64,000 nt of DNA from an uncultured Gammaproteobacteria bacterium (GCA_964641255.1 CAZXMM010000001.1:246973-310972); one strand, 5' to 3'; positions 29,849 through 40,446 are shown, counted from the stretch's first letter. Translations and numbers: made by a program. Notes: generated by a model from the sequence alone, not told the origin.

Positions 29849-30540
29849 AAGTAATTGCTACCAACTTACCAAAAGAATTGTTCGCTCAAAAAGCAGCCCC
29901 GGCTCTAATTTCCCAGGCAGTTCGAGTGTACCTGGCTAACCAGCGCCAAGGCACCCAAAGTGCTCTGACTCGGGCCGAGGTTAATCGCACTGGTAAAAAG
30001 GTTTATAAACAAAAAGGAACCGGTGGAGCTCGCCATGGTTCGAGGAGAGCCCCTATTTACGTTGGGGGTGGAGCCACTTTTGCTCCCAAACCGCGCGACC
30101 ACTCTTTGTCGATGAATATTCGTATGAAGAGAAAAGCACTTTTGGGAGCTCTAAGTGTTCGCGCTGCCGAAAAAAACGTTCTGGTGGTTTCAGGATTAGT
30201 AAGCGCTAGTGGCAAAACTAAAGAACTGGCCCAGTTTATAGCGACCGTTTTGCCAACACCAGTTAGTAATGTACTCATCATCACAGACATTTTAAGAAAT
30301 AACGTGCACCGCGCGGGGAAAAATCTTAGAGGAGTCACAGTGACAACTCTTGAACATTTAACCACGCATGCTGTTGTTCGTTCTAATAAAATTTTAATCA
30401 TGGAAGAAGCTTTAACTCTGACTACTCCCGCTGTCAAGACAGCAGTAAAAGCAGAAGTCAAAGAAAAAAAAGTCGTAAAGGCAGAAAAGAAAGTCGTAAA
30501 AGCGAAGGCTACAGTTAAAAAAGTAGCAGCTAAAAAATAA
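29845..30540 (+). CDS. rplD: 50S ribosomal protein L4, with Lys/Ala/Val tail
   Basis: KQKGTGGARHGS.RAP...GGG. Confidence 0.98.
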   Translation: MKVIATNLPKELFAQKAAPALISQAVRVYLANQRQGTQSALTRAEVNRTGKKVYKQKGTGGARHGSRRAPIYVGGGATFAPKPRDHSLSMNIRMKRKALLGALSVRAAEKNVLVVSGLVSASGKTKELAQFIATVLPTPVSNVLIITDILRNNVHRAGKNLRGVTVTTLEHLTTHAVVRSNKILIMEEALTLTTPAVKTAVKAEVKEKKVVKAEKKVVKAKATVKKVAAKK

Positions 30541-30845
30541 TGCATACAATTATTAAAAAACCAGTTATCACCGAACAGTCCATGAGAGAGGCTGCGCTGG
30601 GGCGCTTTACTTTTGTGGTTGAAAAAAGTGCTAATAAAGCTGAAATTGCTCAAGCTATTAAAGAAGCTTTTTCGGTCACCCCCGTCAGGGTACAAACCCA
30701 AATTGTTAAGGGGAAAAGCCAGCGCTCCCGCAAAAGCCGGACTGTAGCAGTGAGCGCTGCCTGGAAGAAAGCCATTATCACTTTAGTCTCTGGGCAAAAA
30801 ATTGATCTCTTTGAGATTGGTGAACAGGCGGCAGTAACAAAGTAA
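30540..30845 (+). CDS. rplW: 50S ribosomal protein L23
   Basis: PVITE, ANK.EI, WKKAIITL; operon order. Confidence 0.96.
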   Translation: MHTIIKKPVITEQSMREAALGRFTFVVEKSANKAEIAQAIKEAFSVTPVRVQTQIVKGKSQRSRKSRTVAVSAAWKKAIITLVSGQKIDLFEIGEQAAVTK

Positions 30846-30849
30846 CCAT

Positions 30850-31680
30850 ATGTTAAAACAGAGAAAAGGTGCCATGAGTAATAGATTTATGACCGGACTC
30901 AACTACCGGGCTATTCTCACGGCTACTACACCCGAAGAGTCGTTAATTGAGCTCTTACCTAAGAATTCTGGCCGCAATGCTACCGGCAAGATTACTGTGC
31001 GTCACCAAGGTGGGCGGAACAAACGCATGTACCGGCGTATTGATTTTAAGCGCGACAAGCTAGATATCACTGCTACTGTAGTATCGATTGAATATGATCC
31101 AAACCGGTCTGCCAACATTTCTTTGCTTAAGTATGCCGATGGTGAAAAACGCTACATTATTCACCCTGAAGGTCTAAAAGTCGGAGATAAGGTGATAGCG
31201 TCAAAAACCGCCGAGGCTCGCTTAGGGAATGCTGTGCCGCTAGCTAAACTGCAGATTGGTACCGTTATTCACAATATTGAGCTGGCAGCTGGTCGCGGTG
31301 GTCAAATAGTCAGAGGAGCAGGAACCGGGGCGTCTGTGTTGGCAAAAGAAGGGGACTATGTTACGATTAAGCTCCCTTCAGGGGAACTTCGTCTGATTCA
31401 CAAAGATTGTTTTGCAACAGTTGGAGTCATTGATAACGGCGAGTGGAAAAATGTGGTTTTTGGCAAAGCGGGACGAAATCGCCATATTGGCGTCAGACCG
31501 ACCGTTCGTGGTACTGCCCAAAATCCTCGGACTCATCCACATGGGGGTGGAGAAGGTAGATCAGGAGAGGGTCTTAAGCAGGCCAAAACTCCTTGGGGGA
31601 AGCCCGCTCGTGGGCTACGAACTCGCAACAAAGCGAAGTTTAGTAACCAATATATAGTGGAGCGTAGAAAGAAGCGGTAA
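30850..31680 (+). CDS. rplB: 50S ribosomal protein L2
   Basis: [30 protein letters not shown]. Confidence 0.99.
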   Translation: MLKQRKGAMSNRFMTGLNYRAILTATTPEESLIELLPKNSGRNATGKITVRHQGGRNKRMYRRIDFKRDKLDITATVVSIEYDPNRSANISLLKYADGEKRYIIHPEGLKVGDKVIASKTAEARLGNAVPLAKLQIGTVIHNIELAAGRGGQIVRGAGTGASVLAKEGDYVTIKLPSGELRLIHKDCFATVGVIDNGEWKNVVFGKAGRNRHIGVRPTVRGTAQNPRTHPHGGGEGRSGEGLKQAKTPWGKPARGLRTRNKAKFSNQYIVERRKKR

Positions 31681-31684
31681 TTTT

Positions 31685-31969
31685 ATGGCACGTTCATCCA
31701 AAAAAGGACCATATGTGGACCCCAAGCTACTGATTAAGGCTAATAAGGCCAGGGCAATGGGGGATAAAACGCCCATTAAGACTTGGGCAAGACACAGTCA
31801 GATTCCGCCAGAGTTTGTTGGTCTTAATTTTGGTATCCATAATGGCCGAGTACATGTGCCGGTATTTATAACTGAGGCTATGGTCGGCCATCGGTTAGGA
31901 GAATTCGCTCCGACCCGAACTTTTAGAGGTCATGGTCGGATTGTAGCTCGCATTCTTAGTAAAACTTAA
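31685..31969 (+). CDS. rpsS: 30S ribosomal protein S19
   Basis: [10 protein letters not shown] and [13 protein letters not shown]. Confidence 0.98.
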   Translation: MARSSKKGPYVDPKLLIKANKARAMGDKTPIKTWARHSQIPPEFVGLNFGIHNGRVHVPVFITEAMVGHRLGEFAPTRTFRGHGRIVARILSKT

Positions 31970-31973
31970 AAAT

Positions 31974-32318
31974 ATGATCGAAGTTAGTGCTATTTCTAAA
32001 TATGTTCGGGTGGCACCACGAAAATTGCGTCTGTTGGCAGACGCCCTGAAAAATAAAGAAGTAGATGCCGCTTTAACAAAACTTAGCTTTTTGCCCAAAA
32101 GTGGTACCGTACCGATGGTGAAAGCCCTGAAATCGGCAGTAGCTAATGCGGTAAACGTTAAGGGTCTTACACGAGCCAATCTTAAAATTAAGAATATTTT
32201 GATTGATGAAGGGTTTAAGATGAAACGTCGAGGCAAAGGACGAAAAGCAACGTCAGGATACGGCGGTGGGGTTATTCAAAAAAGAACCAGTCATATCACA
32301 GTTATTTTACAGGGCTAA
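31974..32318 (+). CDS. rplV: 50S ribosomal protein L22
   Basis: PRK.RL.AD, L.SA.ANA, KRTSHITV. Confidence 0.97.
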   Translation: MIEVSAISKYVRVAPRKLRLLADALKNKEVDAALTKLSFLPKSGTVPMVKALKSAVANAVNVKGLTRANLKIKNILIDEGFKMKRRGKGRKATSGYGGGVIQKRTSHITVILQG

Positions 32319-32324
32319 AACAGT

Positions 32325-33041
32325 ATGGGAAAAAAGATTCATCCGATCGGATTCAGATTAGGGCCAGTTTATACTTGGACCTCGCGCTGGTTTGCTACTA
32401 AGAATCGTTATAAGACGCTAGTCTTGGAAGACGCCAAGATCCGTAAAGCGCTGATGGCCAAGCTAAAAGCTGCGGGAATCGCGAGGATAGAAATTGAACG
32501 TTCCATTAATAAAATTAGTCTGACATTGTTTGTCTCTCGTCCGGGAGTAGTAATTGGTCGCGGTGGAGCAGGAATGGACGATCTGAAGAAACATATTATC
32601 AGTAACCTACTAACACTTAATCCTGAGGATAAAAATGCCCAAAAAGTTGACATTAAAGTTGAGGCTGTCAAAGAACCTAACCTTGACGCCTATCTAGTGG
32701 CGGTTAATATTGCTGACCAACTAGCCAAGCGTCTTCCCGCCAAGCGGGTAATGAAGCAGAGCGTGGAAAAGGCTATGGTAGCCGGAGCTAAAGGAATTAA
32801 AATTCGCCTTGGAGGACGTATTAATGGAGCGGAAATTGCTCGGGTAGAAAAGGCCAAAGACGGAGTGGTTCCTCTTAGCTCCATTAAAGAGCGTATCGAC
32901 TTTGCTGCGTATCCGGCTTACACCAGGTCGGGCTATATTGGAGTTAAGGTCTGGATTTGTCTGCCTGAGAATGCCGGAATTTTAGGAGGACGAAGTGAAG
33001 CCCAGCCAGTAGTTAACAATAATTCACCTGTAACAAACTAA
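32325..33041 (+). CDS. rpsC: 30S ribosomal protein S3
   Basis: HPIGFRLG, RPGVVIGRGG, GRINGAEIAR, GVKVWI. Confidence 0.98.
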   Translation: MGKKIHPIGFRLGPVYTWTSRWFATKNRYKTLVLEDAKIRKALMAKLKAAGIARIEIERSINKISLTLFVSRPGVVIGRGGAGMDDLKKHIISNLLTLNPEDKNAQKVDIKVEAVKEPNLDAYLVAVNIADQLAKRLPAKRVMKQSVEKAMVAGAKGIKIRLGGRINGAEIARVEKAKDGVVPLSSIKERIDFAAYPAYTRSGYIGVKVWICLPENAGILGGRSEAQPVVNNNSPVTN

Positions 33042-33042
33042 C

Positions 33043-33462
33043 ATGCCAGTACTTGCACCACGTCGAGTAAAATACCGTCGCACTTTTAAAGGACAGCGTC
33101 CCGGTCTTGCTCAGCGGGGTAACACGGTAAATTTCGGTGACTACGCAATAATTGCTCAGAGTAGGGGTTGGGTCAGCGCTAGACAGATAGAGTCGGCTCG
33201 GAAAACCTTGACCCATTTTACTGCTAAAGGTGGACGAGTGTGGATTAGAATTTTTCCTGATAAGCCGATTACCAAAAAACCGCTGGATGTAAAGTGTGGT
33301 GGTGGTAAAGGTGATTTACTGGAGTATGTAGCGGTAATTAAGCCTGGACATATTCTTTTTGAAATGGCAGGTTTACCTAAAGATCAGGCTCAGGAAGCTA
33401 TTCGCCGAGCAGGACATAAATTAGCAGTCAAAACCAAATTTATCGAGAAAAACGTTAGCTAA
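33043..33462 (+). CDS. rplP: 50S ribosomal protein L16
   Basis: QIESAR, WIRIFPDKPITKKP, GGGKG. Confidence 0.98.
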   Translation: MPVLAPRRVKYRRTFKGQRPGLAQRGNTVNFGDYAIIAQSRGWVSARQIESARKTLTHFTAKGGRVWIRIFPDKPITKKPLDVKCGGGKGDLLEYVAVIKPGHILFEMAGLPKDQAQEAIRRAGHKLAVKTKFIEKNVS

Positions 33463-33466
33463 AAAT

Positions 33467-33676
33467 ATGAAACCAAAAGATATTGCTAGTCTAAGAACTA
33501 AAAGTGTTGCCGAGCTTACTAAACGAGCTAGGGAACTTAATGTACAGATGGCTAAGCTTAAGGGGGAAATGACCCTCAGGAGACTTAAAAACGTCAATGC
33601 GGTCAAGAACGTAAAGCGGGAGTTAGCTGTAGTAATGACTATTGTAAGGGCCAATCAATTAAGTAAGCAGAAGTAG
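33467..33676 (+). CDS. rpmC: 50S ribosomal protein L29
   Basis: 69-aa helical protein between rplP and rpsQ, with KRELA.V.T. Confidence 0.9.
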   Translation: MKPKDIASLRTKSVAELTKRARELNVQMAKLKGEMTLRRLKNVNAVKNVKRELAVVMTIVRANQLSKQK

Positions 33677-33677
33677 T

Positions 33678-33908
33678 ATGAAAACATTTACCGCCAAAGT
33701 AGTTGCTAATAAATCAAATCAGACTGTCGCTGTTGAGACAGACGTGTTTCGCGCTCACGCCAAGTATCATAAAATATTGCGTCACACAATTAAGGTCCTA
33801 GCTCACAACACTCTTGAGGGAATTAATGAAGGAGATATGGTAGAAGTTGCCGCTTGTGCACCCAAAAGTGCCAAGAAGCATTTTAGTGTAGTAGCCAAAG
33901 TCAAATAA
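33678..33908 (+). CDS. rpsQ: 30S ribosomal protein S17
   Basis: H.KY.K, GD.V, P.S..K.F; operon order. Confidence 0.93.
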   Translation: MKTFTAKVVANKSNQTVAVETDVFRAHAKYHKILRHTIKVLAHNTLEGINEGDMVEVAACAPKSAKKHFSVVAKVK

Positions 33909-33909
33909 T

Positions 33910-34284
33910 ATGATTCAGACACATACTGTTTTAAAACCAGCCGACAACACAGGGGCCCATAAGCTCAGGGTGATCCATCTCTATGGTGGTTCCAAGCGGA
34001 AATTTTCTTACGTTGGCGATATTGTCCGCTGCGTTGTGGACGGTGCTAATCCTAATGGGGCAGTCAAAGATTCAGAGATGGTATTTGCAGTTGTGGTCAG
34101 ATGTAAAAAAGAACAGCGTCGTAGTGATGGGAGCTATATTCGTTTTAGCGATAACGCCGGAGTCGTTATTACGGCTAGAGACAACCTGGATCCACTGGGT
34201 AGTCGCGTTTTTGGCCCAATAGCCAGAGAGCTTAAGGAAAAAGGTTTTAACAAAATAGTCTCAATGGCCACCGAAGTAATTTAA
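33910..34284 (+). CDS. rplN: 50S ribosomal protein L14
   Basis: [26 protein letters not shown]. Confidence 0.98.
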   Translation: MIQTHTVLKPADNTGAHKLRVIHLYGGSKRKFSYVGDIVRCVVDGANPNGAVKDSEMVFAVVVRCKKEQRRSDGSYIRFSDNAGVVITARDNLDPLGSRVFGPIARELKEKGFNKIVSMATEVI

Positions 34285-34295
34285 GTCTAACAACT

Positions 34296-34607
34296 ATGAA
34301 AATGAAACTTAAAAAAGGAGATAAAGTGGTAGTCACGGTCGGTAAAGATCGGGGCAAAGAAGGGGCCGTGGAAAAGGTATGGCTTAAGTCAGGTCGGGTA
34401 AGTGTTGGCGGAGTGAATATTTTTAAACGCCACAGGAAAGCCCGGGGTGAGGGACAAAAGAGCGGCATTATCGATATGGTCAGACCCCTAGCTGTAACCA
34501 GTATAGCCCTAATCTGTCCCAAATGTAAAAAACCAACCCGGATCGGCTACAAAGTAACTAGCAAAGATAAAGTACGTGTCTGTAAAAAATGTGGAGAGGA
34601 AATCTAA
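34296..34607 (+). CDS. rplX: 50S ribosomal protein L24
   Basis: KOW motif KKGDKVVV.VGKDRGKEG; zinc-type CPKC...CKKC. Confidence 0.97.
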   Translation: MKMKLKKGDKVVVTVGKDRGKEGAVEKVWLKSGRVSVGGVNIFKRHRKARGEGQKSGIIDMVRPLAVTSIALICPKCKKPTRIGYKVTSKDKVRVCKKCGEEI

Positions 34608-34610
34608 ATT

Positions 34611-35156
34611 ATGACTTTAAGAGATAAATACCAAAAGGAATTTGTTACTCGGCTTAAGGAAGAACTACAGCTTGATAATGTAATGTCGGTGCCAAAACTT
34701 ACCAAGATAGTTATCAATGTAGGCGCTAAAGAAGCCTTAACCGACAAAAAGGTTCTAGCTGAGATTAGTGATCAGATTGGACTTATTGCTGGGCAAAAAC
34801 CATCAGTTCGTATCGCTACTAAATCTATTGCCGCTTTTAAGTTGCGAGAGGGTCAAGAAGTTGGGGTGGCCGTGACTCTAAGAGGACAACGCATGTATGA
34901 ATTTTTTGAAAAGCTTGTTAATATCGTCTTTCCTAGAGTTAGGGATTTCCGCGGAGTCAGTGTTAGTGGTTTCGATGGTCGAGGCAATTTCAGTGTTGGA
35001 TTCAAAGAGCAGATTGTGTTTTCTGAGATAGAATACGGAAAAATTGATAGAATACGGGGCCTACAGGTAACAATAGTGACGACAGCAAGAAACGATAAAG
35101 AAGGTAAGGCTCTATTAACAATCCTTGGCATGCCTTTTGAAAAGGCAACTAAATAA
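34611..35156 (+). CDS. rplE: 50S ribosomal protein L5
   Basis: KIVIN.G, FKLREG, PRVRDFRG, FDGRGN. Confidence 0.98.
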   Translation: MTLRDKYQKEFVTRLKEELQLDNVMSVPKLTKIVINVGAKEALTDKKVLAEISDQIGLIAGQKPSVRIATKSIAAFKLREGQEVGVAVTLRGQRMYEFFEKLVNIVFPRVRDFRGVSVSGFDGRGNFSVGFKEQIVFSEIEYGKIDRIRGLQVTIVTTARNDKEGKALLTILGMPFEKATK

Positions 35157-35172
35157 TACAGTTTTTTAACCT

Positions 35173-35358
35173 ATGGCTAGAGTTGGATCAGTAGTAAAAG
35201 CAAATAAAACGCCAAAATTTTCAGTCCGGAGCCACAGCCGTTGTCAGTTGTGTGGCCGTAGTCGGGCTTATATTAGACGATTTGGGTTATGTAGACTTTG
35301 CTTCCGTGAGCTCGCTCATAAAGGAGAGCTTCCTGGAGTTATTCGTGCAACATGGTAA
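35173..35358 (+). CDS. rpsN: 30S ribosomal protein S14, type Z (zinc-binding)
   Basis: RCQLCGR...[10 protein letters not shown]. Confidence 0.97.
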   Translation: MARVGSVVKANKTPKFSVRSHSRCQLCGRSRAYIRRFGLCRLCFRELAHKGELPGVIRATW

Positions 35359-35741
35359 ACGATCCTATCTCTGACATGCTAACTCGTATAAAAAATGGCT
35401 ACATGGCCAAGAGATCTGTCGTGGAAATTCCGTACACCAAAGTAGTCGGGGTGATCGCTAAGGTTCTAGTTGAGAACAAGTATTTAAATTCTATGGAAGT
35501 GACAGGAGATCTTAAAAAAACCCTCGTGGTTACTCTAAGATATGAAGCCAAAGAGCCAGCTATCACCGAGATTCGCCGCGTCAGTCGACCAAGTCTTAGG
35601 GTGTATGCTGGTAATAAGAAGTTACCCAAGGTACTGGGGGGGATGGGTAAGGCCCTTATTTCAACACCGGCGGGAGTCATGACCGATCATCAGGCCAGGA
35701 AAGCCAATTTGGGTGGTGAAGTAATTTGTGAAGTATGGTAG
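35352..35741 (+). CDS. rpsH: 30S ribosomal protein S8
   Basis: [28 protein letters not shown]. Confidence 0.98.
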   Translation: MVNDPISDMLTRIKNGYMAKRSVVEIPYTKVVGVIAKVLVENKYLNSMEVTGDLKKTLVVTLRYEAKEPAITEIRRVSRPSLRVYAGNKKLPKVLGGMGKALISTPAGVMTDHQARKANLGGEVICEVW

Positions 35742-35750
35742 CCAAATTAT

Positions 35751-36302
35751 ATGAGTAGAATCGGAAAAAAACCAGTTAAAATTCCCGAAGGAGTGACCAT
35801 TAGTCAAGAGGGAGCAGTGATAACCGTAATTGGTCCGAAGGGAACACTGACCCAATCTTTTAGACCAGAAATTGAACTAGTGATTGAGAATGGCAAAGTT
35901 CTTGTCAATCGGGTAGCGGAGACTCCTAAGGCCAAGTCTTTACATGGTTTGTCCCGAACACTTTTAGAAAACATGATGCAGGGAGTAAGTAGTGGTTGGA
36001 ATAAGGGGTTGGAATTAGTTGGGGTGGGGTACCGAGCCTCGCTAGAGGGAACTACCCTAGTTTTAACTCTAGGTTTTTCCCATCCGGTTAAAGTGGTGCC
36101 ACCGCCAGGGATTGTTTTTGAGGTCATGGAGAACGTGAGAATAAATGTTAAAGGTGTAGATAAACAGCAGGTTGGCGAAATAGCTGCTCAAATTAGGCGT
36201 GTCAAGCCACCAGAGCCCTACAAAGGCAAGGGAATCAGATATATTGGCGAAGTCGTTAGGCGTAAGGCTGGAAAAGCGGCAAAAGCCGCAGGGACAAAGT
36301 AA
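35751..36302 (+). CDS. rplF: 50S ribosomal protein L6
   Basis: MSRIGKKP, GVGYRA, PEPYKGKGIRY. Confidence 0.99.
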   Translation: MSRIGKKPVKIPEGVTISQEGAVITVIGPKGTLTQSFRPEIELVIENGKVLVNRVAETPKAKSLHGLSRTLLENMMQGVSSGWNKGLELVGVGYRASLEGTTLVLTLGFSHPVKVVPPPGIVFEVMENVRINVKGVDKQQVGEIAAQIRRVKPPEPYKGKGIRYIGEVVRRKAGKAAKAAGTK

Positions 36303-36315
36303 TTCATAGAAACCT

Positions 36316-36621
36316 ATGAACAAGATTGACAAAAGACGAGCACAAACCAGAAAAACCATCCGTGGTACGGCAGAGAAGCCAAGACTAGTAGTTTTTGCTT
36401 CCAACCGCTATTTCTATGGGCAAATTATTGACGATGACAAACGAGTTACTTTGGTTTCGGTTAATAAGATGACTGACGCCACGGAAGCGGGCAAAGCCTT
36501 GGCAGAGGCGGCAAAAATTAAAAAAATTACTACAATTGTTTTTGACCGAGCGGGAATGCGTTATCACGGCAATATCAAAAAGTTTGCTGAAGGTGCTCGT
36601 GAGGCCGGGCTTGTTTTTTAA
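36316..36621 (+). CDS. rplR: 50S ribosomal protein L18 (short)
   Basis: PRLVVF.SN, VFDR.G..YHG, AREAGL.F. Confidence 0.96.
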   Translation: MNKIDKRRAQTRKTIRGTAEKPRLVVFASNRYFYGQIIDDDKRVTLVSVNKMTDATEAGKALAEAAKIKKITTIVFDRAGMRYHGNIKKFAEGAREAGLVF

Positions 36622-36634
36622 CTATTAAAACATT

Positions 36635-37219
36635 ATGGCACAATACTCAACTGAACCAAAAGAATTTGAAGAAAAAGTTGTCCAAGTAAATCGAGTGTCT
36701 AAAAAGACTGCCGGTGGCAGTGTGATGCGTTTTAGTGTCCTGGTAGTGGTTGGAGACCGTAAAAGTCGAGTGGGAGTAGGTTTGGGCCAGGCCCTAGAAG
36801 TTCAAAGTGCGGTTCGTAAGGCAGTGGCCTATGCTAAAAAGCATCTTTTTACAGTCCCTATGAAAGGGACGACTATTCCTCATGAAGTGTTGGCCAAGTT
36901 TGGAGCAGCTAAAGTTTTACTTAGACCGGCCCCCCCAGGCTCTGGTGTTATTGCCGGCGGGGCAGTCAGGGCGGTAGTAGAGGCGGCGGGGATTCGTGAT
37001 ATCAGTAGTAAGGTACTTGGTACCGACAACCAAGCTAACAATGTGTATGCGACTCTGGAGGGGCTGAAAAAACTCAAGGTTGGGAGGCTTGGCCAAGCAC
37101 CCCAGGGTCAGAAGTTAGCAGTTACTGAGGCTGGTGTTCCCGAGACCGAGGTCCTTCCCGTGGTAAAGATTCCAGTAGAGCCAGCGAAGAAGCCCAAGAA
37201 GTTTAAGAAGCACTTATGA
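36635..37219 (+). CDS. rpsE: 30S ribosomal protein S5
   Basis: VNRVSKK..GG, LVVVGD, PA..G.GVIAGG.VRAV. Confidence 0.98.
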   Translation: MAQYSTEPKEFEEKVVQVNRVSKKTAGGSVMRFSVLVVVGDRKSRVGVGLGQALEVQSAVRKAVAYAKKHLFTVPMKGTTIPHEVLAKFGAAKVLLRPAPPGSGVIAGGAVRAVVEAAGIRDISSKVLGTDNQANNVYATLEGLKKLKVGRLGQAPQGQKLAVTEAGVPETEVLPVVKIPVEPAKKPKKFKKHL

Positions 37220-37656
37220 ATCTAGCTACTCTTTCCAAAATAGTACAAAAATCTTACCGTCGAGTGGGTAGGGGGCACGGTTCTGGTCGAGTTAAAACCT
37301 CTGGTCGTGGTACCAAGGGACAAAAAGCTCGGGGAACGATTCCGGTAGCATTTGCTGGTTCATCCCTCCAAGCCTCTTGGTTAAAGCGCCTTCCTTTAAT
37401 GCGGGGCAAGGGGAAGAACAAATCTTTTCAAAAAGACGTGGAAGTCCTAAATCTCAACCGTCTTAACAAATTTAAGGCGGGGTCCACTATTACTCTAGTC
37501 ACTCTCATCGAAGCCGGGGTTATAAATAAACTCGCCACCAGAGTTAAGATTGTTGACAACGGCGAAATCACCGTTGCCCTACGGGTCAAAGTTCCTGCTT
37601 CAGCGGGAGCTGCTAAGAAAATTGAGAAAGCTGGTGGTAGCGTGGAGCCTATTTAG
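37216..37656 (+). CDS. rplO: 50S ribosomal protein L15 (directly follows rpsE; no rpmD)
   Basis: [22 protein letters not shown] and KIEKAGG. Confidence 0.98.
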   Translation: MNLATLSKIVQKSYRRVGRGHGSGRVKTSGRGTKGQKARGTIPVAFAGSSLQASWLKRLPLMRGKGKNKSFQKDVEVLNLNRLNKFKAGSTITLVTLIEAGVINKLATRVKIVDNGEITVALRVKVPASAGAAKKIEKAGGSVEPI

Positions 37657-38057
37657 TTCTTTTCTTTGTCTTTTTCCAGTTGCGAAGTACACTGTGGACA
37701 CCTAATTGCCTTAACTGCAACTAAGGATTGACAATAAGGACAGATTTTCTGCTCGGGTGGTTTTTCAGACTCGCTTCTAGATCTATTCATTTGTTTTACT
37801 ACCAGAAAGATCACAAAACTGACAATCAGAAAATTGACTACCGTATTAATAAAGGTGCCGTAGTTGATGCTGGCAGTTCCTACTTGAAACTTTAAGTCTG
37901 TGAAATCCACTCGACCCAAGACGATGCCAAATGGCGGCATTAAAATATCATCTACCAAAGAAGAGACGATCTTACCGAAGGCCGTTCCAATTATGACCCC
38001 AATTGCGAGGTCGACGACATTGCCTTTTAGAGCAAACTTCTTGAATTCTTCTAGCAT
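37653..38057 (-). CDS. mscL: Large-conductance mechanosensitive channel with C-terminal CxxC-CxxC zinc ribbon
   Basis: EFKKFALKGNVVDLAIGVIIGTAFGKIVSSLV, YG.FI..V.NF, CPYC...CPQCTS. Start at ATG 38057. Confidence 0.95.
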   Translation of the reverse strand: MLEEFKKFALKGNVVDLAIGVIIGTAFGKIVSSLVDDILMPPFGIVLGRVDFTDLKFQVGTASINYGTFINTVVNFLIVSFVIFLVVKQMNRSRSESEKPPEQKICPYCQSLVAVKAIRCPQCTSQLEKDKEKN

Positions 38058-38081
38058 GATAGTGATTGTACCATTTTGCTT

Positions 38082-38111
38082 TCTTGCAATATCTTGCAAT
38101 ATCTTGCAATA
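38082..38111. repeat. Three perfect tandem copies of TCTTGCAATA
   Basis: Copies at 38082-91, 38092-101 and 38102-111 in the 64-bp mscL/fic divergent spacer. Confidence 0.95.
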
Positions 38112-38121
38112 TTAATGAATA

Positions 38122-39141
38122 ATGAAGATTCTCCAAATTCCCCCATCTTACCGTCTTTCCAAGACCGCTATCCGATTGCTCTCGGAGATTGAGTCTAATA
38201 GTGCCGTTATCAGTGAAATTTCTCTTCCTCTCGAAGTAGAAAGAAATATTCGTCGTCAATCAGTATTAGGCAGTGCTTTGTTCTCAGCTCGTATAGAAGG
38301 AAACACCCTGACGAGAGCCGAGGTAGAAAATTTCACTAAGCTACCTAGAAAAGATCAGCAACAGGTTGAAGTGGAAAATCTTAGTCGGGTAATAGAGAGA
38401 ATTCTATCTCAATGGGCTAATCCCAACAAGAAAATAACCAAGACGGATCTTTTGGATTGGCAGGGGCAGGCGATGCGAAACATTTTGGATACAGAATTCT
38501 CAAGTAGCTTTAGAACTGGCCATGAAGGACTTTTTGATAGAGCCGGGACTCTTTATTATCATGCTCCCCCGCCAGCCTACATCCCCGCTCTTGTTGACGA
38601 GTTACTCCTCTTTGTAAATAGTAAAAAAGAAAAACTCGTTCCCGTTCGAGCTATTCTTGCCCATTTAGTCTTTGAAAAGATTCACCCTTTTGTTGATGGT
38701 AATGGTCGGGTAGGAAGACTTTTACAGCTCGCGATATTAACTAGGGGTGGCTATGCGATGAAAGGACTGGCAGTTATCGAAGAGGAAATTGAGAAACAGC
38801 GCCAGTTATACTACAGAGCTATTGAACGGAGCAATAATTCTGATGCGACCCCCTTTGTTATGCTAATGCTTGAGCTTATTCGTGACGCCTCCCTAAAAGC
38901 AAAGAAGACTCTTCTTGCCAAGAAAAATAATCCTTCCCAACTTGATGTCTTATCTCCCAGGCGTCAAGAGATTGTCCAAATGGTTTACGACCAACGACTT
39001 ATCTCGTTTGATTCTATTCATAGACGTTTTATCAGGATGAGTTCTCGGCAAATTGCCTACGATCTGGAGTTCTTAATAAAACGTGGCTATCTCACCAAGG
39101 TTGGCACTACCCGGGGAGCTCTCTATGCTCCAAAAGAATAA
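38122..39141 (+). CDS. Class II Fic-domain protein with C-terminal wHTH
   Basis: Catalytic HPFVDGNGRVGR; N-terminal inhibitory SARIEGN; C-terminal RQ..YDL..L...GYL.K.G..RG..Y. Confidence 0.92.
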   Translation: MKILQIPPSYRLSKTAIRLLSEIESNSAVISEISLPLEVERNIRRQSVLGSALFSARIEGNTLTRAEVENFTKLPRKDQQQVEVENLSRVIERILSQWANPNKKITKTDLLDWQGQAMRNILDTEFSSSFRTGHEGLFDRAGTLYYHAPPPAYIPALVDELLLFVNSKKEKLVPVRAILAHLVFEKIHPFVDGNGRVGRLLQLAILTRGGYAMKGLAVIEEEIEKQRQLYYRAIERSNNSDATPFVMLMLELIRDASLKAKKTLLAKKNNPSQLDVLSPRRQEIVQMVYDQRLISFDSIHRRFIRMSSRQIAYDLEFLIKRGYLTKVGTTRGALYAPKE

Positions 39142-39159
39142 GTGTGCTAAGATAAGGGC

Positions 39160-40446
39160 GTGAATCGAGTAGTAAATACCCTAATCCAAACCTGGAACAC
39201 TCCAGAGCTGAGAAAGAAGATTATCTTCACTTTGGTCATCTTTTTTGTTTTTCGGCTGTTTGCTCATATTCCCGTTCCGGGAGTTGATTTGGTCAGTCTT
39301 AAAAATCTGTTTGCCCAAAATCAGTTTTTGGGTTTACTTGACATTTTTTCCGGGGGTACTTTGGCTAATTTTTCTGTCATGGCCTTAGGACTTAATCCGT
39401 ACATTAATGCCACCATTATTATGCAGCTCCTACAGATGGTAGTTCCAGAACTTGAGGCTCTGGCTAAAGAGGGAGAATCAGGGCGAATGAAAATTAATCA
39501 GTATTCTCGAATGATTACCGTGCCTTTGGCCGCCCTTCAGGCGCTAGGAACCTACGCTTTATTAAAAAATCAAAATATAATTGGGGCACTTGACCCACTG
39601 ACTCTAGTCTCTCTTATTCTTACATTGACAGCAGGAACACTGCTACTTATGTGGCTGGGTGAGCTCATTACTGAATACGGGATTGGTAACGGTATTTCTA
39701 TGTTGATCTTTGGTGGTATCGTCGGAAGGTTTCCGGTGCTTTTCGGTCAAACGGTATCTATCATTACTGGCGATCAACTCTTTAACATTATTATTTTTGG
39801 AGGGGTAGCACTGCTCGTTATAGCGGGAATTGTTATGGTCAATGAAGCCGCTAGACAAATTCCGGTAGTTTACGCTAGGCGGGTACGAGGCAACAAGATG
39901 TACGGTGGTCAGTCGACTTTTCTTCCCCTTCGGGTAAATCAAGCGGGAGTGATTCCGATTATCTTTGCTGTTTCTTTAGTTCTCTTACCTTCTCTCCTTG
40001 GTCAATATTTGGGGCAAATTCCCAATCCACTGGTGTCCCGAGTAGCTTTGGGACTAAGTAGTGCTTTCGATCCAAGAAGCTGGGTCTATAATGTCTTTTA
40101 TTTTCTACTGGTGATTGGTTTTACCTATTTTTATACAGCTATAACTTTTAACCCGGCCAAAATTGCAGAAGAAGTGCAAAAGCATGGTGGCTTTATTCCT
40201 GGTATTCGTCCAGGAACACCCACTACTCAGTATCTTAACTATATCTTGACCAGGATTACTCTAGCTGGAGCCGTCTTTTTAGGATTGGTGGCTGTTTTAC
40301 CCTCTCTTGTCCAGGGGGTCAGTAGTGTAGCTACACTAACTGTTGGTGGCACAGGAGTGTTAATTGTAGTTTCGGTGGTTTTAGAAACCACTAGACAATT
40401 TGAAACCATGCTAGTTACACGCAACTACGACAATTTTGCTCGATGA
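39160..40446 (+). CDS. secY: Preprotein translocase SecY
   Basis: [36 protein letters not shown]; GTG start. Confidence 0.99.
   Translation: MNRVVNTLIQTWNTPELRKKIIFTLVIFFVFRLFAHIPVPGVDLVSLKNLFAQNQFLGLLDIFSGGTLANFSVMALGLNPYINATIIMQLLQMVVPELEALAKEGESGRMKINQYSRMITVPLAALQALGTYALLKNQNIIGALDPLTLVSLILTLTAGTLLLMWLGELITEYGIGNGISMLIFGGIVGRFPVLFGQTVSIITGDQLFNIIIFGGVALLVIAGIVMVNEAARQIPVVYARRVRGNKMYGGQSTFLPLRVNQAGVIPIIFAVSLVLLPSLLGQYLGQIPNPLVSRVALGLSSAFDPRSWVYNVFYFLLVIGFTYFYTAITFNPAKIAEEVQKHGGFIPGIRPGTPTTQYLNYILTRITLAGAVFLGLVAVLPSLVQGVSSVATLTVGGTGVLIVVSVVLETTRQFETMLVTRNYDNFAR

Noticed and set aside
30057-30701. 214-aa antisense ORF, plus the many other 60-170 aa shadow ORFs in the track
   Set aside because: They lie opposite or out of frame within conserved genes, have no recognisable motifs, and mirror the sense-strand codon bias.
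37216-37219. Absence of rpmD (uL30) between rpsE and rplO
   Set aside because: Real, but an established trait of CPR bacteria; used only as taxonomic evidence.
38082-38111. CRISPR array
   Set aside because: The repeats are 10 bp, contiguous, have no spacers, and no cas genes are present.
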